Shown piece after piece: positions 54,601 to 64,000 of a stretch of DNA of 64,000 bases. Origin of the DNA: Octopus vulgaris (taxonomy: Eukaryota); the NCBI GenBank assembly GCA_951406725.2, contig OX597814.1, forward strand, positions 146,444,001-146,508,000, given 5' to 3'. The notes beneath the pieces are model-generated. The model was not told the DNA's origin, searched no databases, and worked only from the letters and a program-made list of their open reading frames with translations. Every line of letters begins with the position of its first letter. Within the stretch, counting starts at the first letter, position 1. The position numbers were made by a program, and so were the translations under genes.

Positions 54601-56369
54601 TTTCTTTATTAATCGTGAGACATACACTTAATGGAAACTATGTGACAGATATTAAAAGTAAATAATATTGATTATATTGCGATGTTAGTGGAGAAGGTGC
54701 ATGTTCTTTCAGTGATAAAATGTTGAAATAATGCACTAAAACAAGATAAACATTTAATGGATATTGTGTTCTAGGTAAATATGAGTTTAAAAAATCGTTA
54801 TATGAAAATTTCTGTTAAATATACATATTTTTCAAATAAGAACATTATATCACACTTTTGTTGTAATATAATTGCAAAGTTGGCTTGTTGACGCAAGAAA
54901 CACCTATTGTGAGCTTACTTCTTTCGCTACAAAACAACAGTTTTTATTCAATCCGATTACGTGGCACACTGGTCATGGGCGTTCTATCATAAACACAACT
55001 AGTGTGACCATTGTAAGTGGAATTGGTGCAACTCACGATTAGAATATTTTACCTGTGCTCATTTCAACACGAACATAAGGGCAATTTTTGCACGTGTTAA
55101 ATCTGTTATAAGAATATAGTATATAACATCTTCGCATTAGTCATGTAGCCCCTGAAATAACTTAGAATATATTCTGTTCTGATTAATGCCCCTACACCAT
55201 ATTTCAAATTAATATTCACATACATAATATGCACTATTTATGGTTTTAACGTCAGCGCAGCTACAAGAAATTAAATTAGAATTTTAGGCTTGGAATAATA
55301 AACTGAAATTTACATGATGTATATTCCATGACACAATGCGCTGTTTTGCTATATTTAGAGAATTTTCAAGTTATTCTAGTTATATATAATGTAATATAAA
55401 AATAAATTCGTTAATTATACGTAAGTAGGATATGAAACTCACTGCCGCTTGCTCTGAATTGAGAAACAAATAATCATCTTCAGGGTGCTTAGAATTTTGT
55501 TTAATCGTAAAATGCTTAAATATTTTCAAAATAATTTTGTAAAATTTTTATAAGCAATCTAATTATAGAAACATCTTCAATTATTAAAATAACTTTGTCG
55601 ATATCTATTGGAAATTTAAAAGAAAATTACGCAGATTTTGAATTAAATTTAAAATTAGGTTTCGAATAAATTCAAGACAATTATTAAACACGAAATAAAT
55701 CGAAACTTAATTTTATATCATTTACTTGAAATAATCAGAATGTATTTCAATTTAAATTTAATATATTTAATCAATACAAATATTAATAAGTAGAATTTGA
55801 ATTATGTGTGATTTTATTCATAAAGATACGATCTAATTTCAATAATAATTTGTCTGAGATGGATTAGTTTTATTAACCTTATAATTTCGAGGGCAATAAA
55901 CCTCATTTGTATAGCGTATATTCGAATAAATCAACACGTAGCAACGATTAACCTAAGATACAATTATAAAAAAGTTATTATATTTTTCAATATGTGCAGA
56001 ATCTTTGTTAAAATTAGAAACAGGATACTTTAATTGCAGTGCTATGTACGTAAAATTTAAATCCTACGGGTAAGCAATTGGATTGAGAGCGATTATGATA
56101 TAAATATTATGAGCATTAACTATAACTGCCAGAAAATACTTTTCAGATCATTATGGCATTCAAATATAACCATTCATTTCATTCAGAATTATAATCATTT
56201 CCTTTATGAAAGCAATATTTTAGGAAAATTGGGTATGATGTATTCAAATATAGAGATTCCAATATCCAAATATAATTTACTACTAATTGAAATGAGTCGA
56301 TTAATTAAGAATTTTAAAACAGCGATTCAGTTTAGTCTTACTTATTTTCACTAATGTGTATTTAGTATA

Positions 56370-56900
56370 TTTAATCTTTGTACAAGCTTCACCTACATGA
56401 AATAGATGCACCTTTTACGCCTACTTCATCAAATTTAACTTAACTTAATCCAACGTAACTATTCCCATCTGACTCATCTCTCACTAAAAAAAATCTTTTT
56501 ATCTGACATATTTATTTTCTTTCTCTATTCTAAATTTACCACCATCTTGAACTCTAAACGATTCCATATTCAATAACATTGAATTTCACTATCCATTTTG
56601 ACTGGAATTTTAATGTAGCCTTTTCACTATATGATCACATGGAATACTGCAGACACTTCTCTGGATATTCTCTGCTAAGATACAAAAGTAACTCTGCTTA
56701 ATTTCTCAACTTCAATACTTCTCCACCATGCCAAACTGTTGTAGCTAGTACGCTTTCTTTATCTTGTTCATCACCCCACCCAGACATGGCCAGTCTAGCT
56801 AACAGATATCTCAAGTATCCTTGCCCTGCTGGCCGTCGCCATTTACACATGGCTTCCTACATACCAGATGACGTAGTATCCTTTCTCCTCATCTTGATAT
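56370..56900 (-). mobile_element. Very degenerate LINE remnant (RTE-like)
   Basis: Only weak resemblance of frameshifted translations to RTE endonuclease/RT segments. Confidence 0.25.
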
Positions 56901-58167
56901 ATTCATCTAACTCTAGAAATTATTTATCCAACCCGTGATCGCTGCTATACGGATAGATACTGTTTATTTTGCTCAAGGTGCACTATCTATGCATCTATTC
57001 TGGAAACAGCTATAAGAGACTTTGAATCCCACCTTTTGAGCTATACCCATTTAACAATTCAACCATAACGTTTTAAAATATAAACATCCTAATATTTAAC
57101 TACCTGATAGTATTTAGCTGCCCCTTTTTACCTTTATCCTATTATGCACATTTATATGCATACAAACTTGTAGACGTACAGTAAATTTTCCTCGGACCAT
57201 AATTCAATTAATAGTCATTTTAAGCCAGGTTCTGTGGTATCATACCCATACACGAAGATATGTTATTTTTCACTGAGATGTATCGAAGACACTTGTCCAC
57301 TTGTCTCGTATGCCGTGAAGAAAGTTGCCCAAATATCATTGAAGGTTATCCGATCTTTCTCTTCTTAAATTAGTTTTAATACATTTTATACAGCAGGGCT
57401 TGTTAAATAAAAGTGATTGTGTGGTAAAGATTATTTTGGTAAACGGTGTCTTGTACTGGGTGCATGACATGTGGGTCTCAGTCTTATATGCATTGTGAAA
57501 TTGATGTTAAGACCATGTGGGGACTGTTGATGATATATTCTCCACATTATGTAAATGATGTAGCGCTTACTGCAGAATTGGACAGAACAGAGTTTCAAAG
57601 GTTTAAGGCGGTTCAAAACAACCTCGACCAATCATGATATATTTGGGGTTGTTTTCTGGGTTGTCTCTATTTTTCTAATTTTATATCTGTTTCACACAGA
57701 TATACATATGTATACACAGCACACATACACACACACAAACACTCATAAACATAGGCACGTTTATATATAATGTGTTTTTCGTGAATATTCAGATAAGATT
57801 CTTTTGGTGTACACATTGTACTCATTCGAGAATTTAGTACAGCTTTCATATTTCAATGATACCAAACTTTGAAACAAAGTCACGAATACATTTCTTGTCC
57901 CGGTTATAATTTTAAAGTTTTATTTCAATTTATTTTCCACATCTCCATCCATAAATGAATATTTACCATGAATACTCGATTTTACAGAATTTATCCATGA
58001 TTATAACTCTTATTATGATTCGATTATTACAAAGATCTACCCATCTGTAAAATAACAAGAGAGCTAATGGCTCCATCTTTTAAACTATAAGCATCTTGCT
58101 TACACAGCACACTCACATACATATACATCTTTAGGTATAGATGTATATATACACATTAATATATATA

Positions 58168-58274
<107 letters not shown>

Positions 58275-58429
58275 TACAGAGAGACGCATAAACACGTATA
58301 TACGTATTACTTCGGTACTTGTATGGTTAAAACATAACAAGGCTATCAAATACTATTGCCTATAATCTGTATCTCTGTAACCGTTCCTCTTCTTAATTTA
58401 TACTAACCACTTTGCTATCGAGTTTCGAT

Positions 58430-58780
58430 ATTATGAATTCTCAATTGAAGCAAAACACCGACAATAGATTCCACTTACTCTCCATATCCATGCTTGGAGA
58501 ACACATTAGTCTTATAATGTAAATTAATGGAGTGCAACGAAGAGATGCGGATTATATTGACATTGGACATTCAGAAAGCAGCTTATTTGGCACAAGTGGT
58601 GTACATTACGATGCCTTCTTGCTTCTCTACTTTCTTTTTGTTCTTATTGGATTTCCTGCTGCAACTGTAATATGTACTGGTTCAATGCTCGCCATTGTCG
58701 TTCTTGATGCTGGTAGTATATCTTCGTTAATATCATTTTTCTACCCCGTCGTCTTATTCAACATTATATTAAAAATCACA
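58430..58780 (-). mobile_element. Probable piggyBac transposase C-terminal cysteine-rich domain relic
   Basis: Frameshifted minus strand IEPVHITVAAGNPIRTKRK...CTTCAK...ECPMC..PHL...IY resembles the piggyBac CRD pattern. Confidence 0.4.
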
Positions 58781-58839
58781 AGGTAATTGATCTTGATATC
58801 GTCAGGCTTATAATGGAATTTTTCGTTTTCGCCGCTATC

Positions 58840-59200
58840 GTCATTGTTATCATTACTGCCGCCACCACCGCCACTACCACCACCGATCACCACCGTCGCC
58901 GCCGCCAGCACCAGCACCACCATCACCATCATCACCACCACAATTACCTCCACCACATTCGTCCTCGTCGCTCTTGTCATCATCATCGTCAAAGGGCCGT
59001 CAGCGGCGCTGTTGCTACCACCAGCACCACCTTTAACATCAGCACCATCAGCACCAGAAGCAGCAGTTGCATCATCATAATCATCATCATCATTATCATC
59101 ATTATCGTCATCATCATAATCATCATCATCATTATCATCATTATCGTCATCATCATCATCATTAGGATCATCCCAACCACTACCACCATTATCTTCACCT
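58840..59200. repeat. Degenerate CAC/CAT trinucleotide low-complexity tract
   Basis: Read directly from the sequence. Confidence 0.9.
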
Positions 59201-59398
59201 TCAGCGTTTGCGCAATTATTCCAATCACTTTCCTAATCCAAATCGTCACAAGCCTTTGTAATGTTCGCCTCCTCCTGAACAGCATAGGCGTGTGCCTTTG
59301 CTTGCATGTATGAATGTATTTATTTATACACATACACGTGAACGAGTGTGCGCGCACACATACATGCGCGCAAACACACACATAATATTATTTTGACG

Positions 59399-60215
59399 GA
59401 AGGCGGCGAGCTGGCAGAAACGTTAAAACGCCGGGTGAAATGCGTAGCGGTATTTCGTCTGCCGCTACGTTCTGAGTTCAAATTCCTTTCGGGGTCGATT
59501 AAATAAGTACCATTTACGCAATGGGGTCAATATAATCGACTTAATTCCTTTGTCTTTACATGTTTGTCCACTCTGTGTTTAGCCTCTTGTGGGTAGTAAA
59601 GAAATAGGTATTTCGTCTGCCGTTACGTTCTGAGTTCAAATTCCGCCGAGGTCGAATTTGCTATTCATCCTTTCGGGTTCGATTAAATAAATATCAGTTA
59701 CGTACTGGGGTCGATCGATATAATCGACTTAATCTGTTTGCCTGTCCTTGTTTGTCCTCTCTGTGTGTGGCCCCTGGTGGGCAGTAAAACATAAGAAACG
59801 TTAGCATGCCGAGCGAAATGCTTAGCGGTATTTCGTCTGCCGCTACGTTCTGAGTTCAAATCCCGCCGAGGTCGACTTTGCCTTTCATCCTTTCGGGGTC
59901 GATTAAATAAGTACCAGTTACGCACTAGGGTCGATATAATCGACTTAATCCGTTTGTCTGTCCTTGTTTGTCCCCTCTGTGTGTAGCCCCTTGTGGGCAG
60001 TAAAGAAATAAGAAACGTTAGCACGTCTGGCGAAATGCTTACGTTCTGTGTTCAAATTCTGTCGAGGTCGTCTTTTCCTTTCATCCTTTCGGGGACAAAT
60101 TAAATACCAGTTACGTACTGGTTCGATCTGATCGACTAACTCCCGCCCCACCAAAAAAAAAAAAAAAAAAAAATTAGGGCCTTGTGCCTAGAGTGGGAAA
60201 GGATATTATTTTATC
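59399..60215 (+). mobile_element. Head-to-tail concatemer of four tRNA-derived SINE units
   Basis: Units start at ~59399, 59607, 59795 and 60010. Each contains gttctg.gttcaaat.c (B box)...catcctttcggg; the first three end gtgggcagtaaa(g)aaata-like. Confidence 0.88.
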
Positions 60216-60963
60216 GGAGTGGTACTTTCAGATTCAAACCAAGTATCTTACCCCGTGTTTATGTACACAACGAGTGATTACATTCATGCGAATGTTAAAT
60301 ATTATTCTACTAATGCAAAAATAAATAGAAAATATGGAGTTGCATGAAAGTCGGAAGCAAGAATAGAACGTGAGCAAAATAGTATGTGTGACTTAACTAG
60401 TTGATGGGGTGTGTAACATCTGAAGCGATCTTCAAATGAATTCTGTTTCCATGTGTTTACCAAGAAAGATTATATGTATTTGTATTTAAGTAAACCAATC
60501 TCTATTTAAACAAATCAATCTTTATTTATATAAAGGAATCTAAGACCGGACTGTAAAGATAACCTCCACGTGACCTTAAAAATATAATCTGAAATAAAAT
60601 AGTGAAGATTCTTAAAACATTTCAATGCTCTTATTGTAAAGTTTAAGACGAAGCGAAAATTATGTGATATGAATGTAAAGAAATATAATTGAAAATTACT
60701 TGAACAGTAATCTGATGCATCATAAAATTAGCATTCAGTTTGGTAGATCATTTTTTTACAATATCACAGGAGTAACATATGATAAGTTGTAACTGATATA
60801 TTATACAGGCATCGGCAAGAGATATGTGGTCATTCATGTAATTCCTAATTCTTATTTATTCAATTTCATAACATATCCTGTAGTCGTATAACGTCCTACT
60901 CTGAAGCATCTGTATATTGAGTTCTAACGACAGTTTATTAGGATTGCTGTGCGTAAATGAAAT

Positions 60964-61014
<51 letters not shown>

Positions 61015-61254
61015 TATATATATACATGGGGGTGTATACGCATGCATATAAATCTATATACATATCAATGTGTACTAATATGTATACTTCTGTGCAAACA
61101 TGTAAAAAGTCTTACCTTCACACGTCTATAAATGCATACACACACGTATAAAGCTACGCGGATTTATTTACATATACTCCTCTACTTAGGGATAAGAGCT
61201 GCATTCACTAATATACACTAAAATCTAATTTGCCCCTCTCTAATTCTCCAATTC

Positions 61255-61700
61255 CTCTGCCACTACCTTTCTCCTCTCCTTCCACGTGACCGATGTTCTG
61301 CCAAGCATAACCTTCCTTTGTTCGACTACCATCCTTGTAGCATTTCTTATGTCCCTACCGTAAGGTTTATGTCAGTTTAATTTAATTCGTCCTTAGTCGA
61401 AAGATACCTGTTGTTAATGCCCTGTTGTTTCTATTTGTAACTATGTGCCATTTCTCCTTTCATCCTCGTTTTCGTTTACATTCACTTGCTTTCATGCAAG
61501 GAATATAGTTTTCTTAGCTTAGATTTTCTAGATTTTCTAGAGGCCGGTGGTACTGGAGCTGTGTAACCGGCCGAAACTGCTGAGATAACCTGGTACTCGA
61601 CTGAGGATAGGAAACTTTGATTGACTCGTCCTTGTTTTTTTCCTGTCCATTTTTGGATCGTCTAAATGTCTGGTTGTTTTGTTGTCGCCTGTTAAGTGCT
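61255..61700 (+). repeat. Unclassified ~450-bp repeat, copy 1
   Basis: ttctcctctccttccacgtgacc...cctgttgttaatg.cc...cttagcttag...gaaactgct.aga...cctggtactcgact.aggatagg is shared with 62265-62690. Confidence 0.8.
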
Positions 61701-61717
61701 TGTACCATTTTTGTTAT

Positions 61718-61783
<66 letters not shown>

Positions 61784-62021
61784 TAAAAGAAATAAAACAT
61801 ATGCATATATATAAACATATATGTACGTACCTACCTCTACATGTACATATACACGCATATATGAGTACAGGACACCAAAGTGACGTCGAACACAAAGAGA
61901 AACGAAAACATAGACACAAACCAAAGGACATATGGCAGCGTAGTACACATTTTGGTCTCCGGTATGTAAGTACATATACATATACATTTTCATACATACA
62001 TACATACATACATACATACAT

Positions 62022-62058
<37 letters not shown>

Positions 62059-62264
62059 CTTATATATATATATAAATTCTGTACGACTCTATTATTCTTT
62101 CTTTTAGACCACTTCACACTTCGTTCTTTCCGCTTTTTTTCGCGCCCCCTTCTCTCACATTTCTTGACCTTTCTTTCATTCTCCCATTCGCTCCACACTT
62201 ACCTAACTCTGTCCCTTTCCTTTCTGCTTCTTTCCTCTTCTCTCTTCCTTGTCACTTCCTAATT

Positions 62265-62690
62265 CTTCAGTTCCTCTGCCGTTACGCTTCTCCTCTCCTT
62301 CCACGTGACCGGTGTTCCGGCAAGCCTGACTTTTGTTTCTTTGTCCGAATACCATCGACCAAAGAAACATCTCTAATATTCCTTCCCATGACTAGCATTC
62401 CTCTTGTCCCTGCCATAAAGTTTCTGTTCCACACACGCCAGATTAATTTAGTTCGACCTAAGTCGCAAGACACCTGTTGTTAATGTCCTAGTGTTTTTTA
62501 TTTATAATTCTGTACCATTTTCATCCTTGTTTTCGTATACATTCTCTTGCTTTCTTCTACGGAATCTAGTACACTTAGCTTAGGCTTTCTTGCAGCCGGC
62601 CAGATTGGAGCAGTCTCGAGTGTAACCGACGGAAACTGCTAAGACTACCTGGTACTCGACTCAGGATAGGTTTACATGTTCAAACTTATA
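62265..62690 (+). repeat. Unclassified ~450-bp repeat, copy 2
   Basis: Diverged direct repeat of 61255-61620. Confidence 0.8.
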
Positions 62691-63842
62691 CAATCATGGT
62701 TGTATATTTTCTCCTAGATCATGGAGATTATACCTACCTGTATATATCGACTGACATTAAGTGTATGTATATAATATTTTATATGCCTTAATGTACACGA
62801 TATTTCTAATACACATACTCACACACACGCACCAAACACACACATTTATATGCCCATCTCTACACCTATGTATGAGTATTTCTATTAAGTTATGCATATA
62901 GAGTATTTGGGTATAATGATATCTTTGGGGAATTCAGGGACAGCCGTCCTACTGCATAATCTATTTTATTGAATAGCAGCGTATCATGATTTTCAGTCTC
63001 CATTAACTCGTATATCTCACTAGGTGAAATGCACGCATCTACAAACATTCAAGAATAAAGAAACCATCCACACCACTCTGCCTGTTTCTCCCCTACTATT
63101 TAGGGTTCAATGTTGCACTCATACATTATCATCTTTGTACCTTCGTTTACAACTACCACCCTTATACTTTTATATTTTTATTCCTTACCTTCATACAACT
63201 GTGATAAAAAATTAAGTCATGATAGCCAGGGATCATAATGCAATAAAATAACAAAAGATAAGTTGTTACATAACTTTGCCGAAAATGCTTATATACTCTA
63301 ACGAAGAATGACCATTGTGTGAAGTGTCAATACTTGCTTCAAGCGTCACATGAATTTGCTTCCAAGTATGCATTTAGATCCCTACAATAATGGATTTAGC
63401 AAATACAAATATTTAGTTGCCGAGATTTTTCGGTACATAGATGAACACATCTTTAGTAGCTGTTAAAGCAAAATATTCTCTAGATGTTTGCATGCAGATG
63501 CCCTTGCTTTGAAGTGGTGGTAACATGAATTGATAACAAGAGAGCAGTAAACCAGTAGAAAAAAATCGTGCTTGAGTATGTAGGAAAGTTATTCAGCATT
63601 TAAAGTTTGGGAAATTAAAAAATATGCTTACTGAAGACACGGTTATAAGTATATTTTGCATTTCTAGTTAGTAGTACCTTTATTCATTAGATTATTGAAA
63701 GCTTCAAAGCTTGAAGGAGTACACACAATTGGCAGAAGAATGAGTTTGCATATACTAAGATGCTCTACATTCTGTTGCCTGAATTTAATATCAATTCTCT
63801 GTTATCGGTGATAAATACAGCAGATATTTTGATTTCATAATT

Positions 63843-63914
<72 letters not shown>

Positions 63915-63928
<14 letters not shown>

Positions 63929-64000
63929 CAGGTTGTCTGTCTGTGTGTCTGTGTTTCTGTCAGGTTGTACCCTCACCATGACCACGGCTTTCAACCGATT
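63915..64000 (+). mobile_element. Probable Helitron 5' end running off the window edge
   Basis: (TA)n-ataaggcaggttgtctgtctgtgtgtctg resembles the starts at 31904 and 32405. Confidence 0.4.

Noticed and set aside
58813-59313. His/Ile-rich 166-aa ORF
   Set aside because: Degenerate CAC/CAT trinucleotide tract.
59399-60215. CRISPR-like array
   Set aside because: The units are ~200-bp SINE copies without unique spacers, in eukaryotic DNA.
61528-61625. Canonical hammerhead in the 450-bp repeat
   Set aside because: Stem plus GAAAC is present, but the upstream 7-mer is TTCTAGA, not CUGANGA, and the downstream CTGAGGA cannot be paired into a type II or III fold.

Overview
AT-rich, microsatellite-dense eukaryotic DNA. 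The SINE families and repeat landscape suggest a coleoid cephalopod such as Octopus; this is an inference from recalled repeat sequences, not a search result. No intact host protein-coding gene can be supported, so the window looks intronic or intergenic, and nearly all supplied ORFs are microsatellite read-throughs or antisense to retroelements. It contains two tandem R4/Dong LINE copies at an (AAT)n hub and a young, GC-rich, 5'-truncated Tx1/L1-clade LINE with one nonsense codon inserted in (TCTA)n. It also holds CR1 and RTE fragments, five or six Penelope-like (GIY-YIG) remnants, several tRNA-derived SINE families (one as a 4-unit concatemer), a Helitron cluster, and Tc1/mariner, piggyBac and possible hAT relics. 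The main signal is a set of minimal type-I hammerhead ribozyme (HHR) motifs: about nine, in at least four unrelated sequence contexts. Four lie in Penelope 3' pseudo-LTRs and two in a short non-coding element with a variant core. The other notable pair is in a tRNA-headed, Pol III-type element (tRNA head - (AAT)n(CAA)n - HHR tail) present as a head-to-head pair that forms a ~700-bp palindrome at 2641-3360. This looks like a ribozyme-bearing SINE/retrozyme-type system, possibly mobilised by Penelope. All folds and alignments were done by eye; none has been computed or tested.
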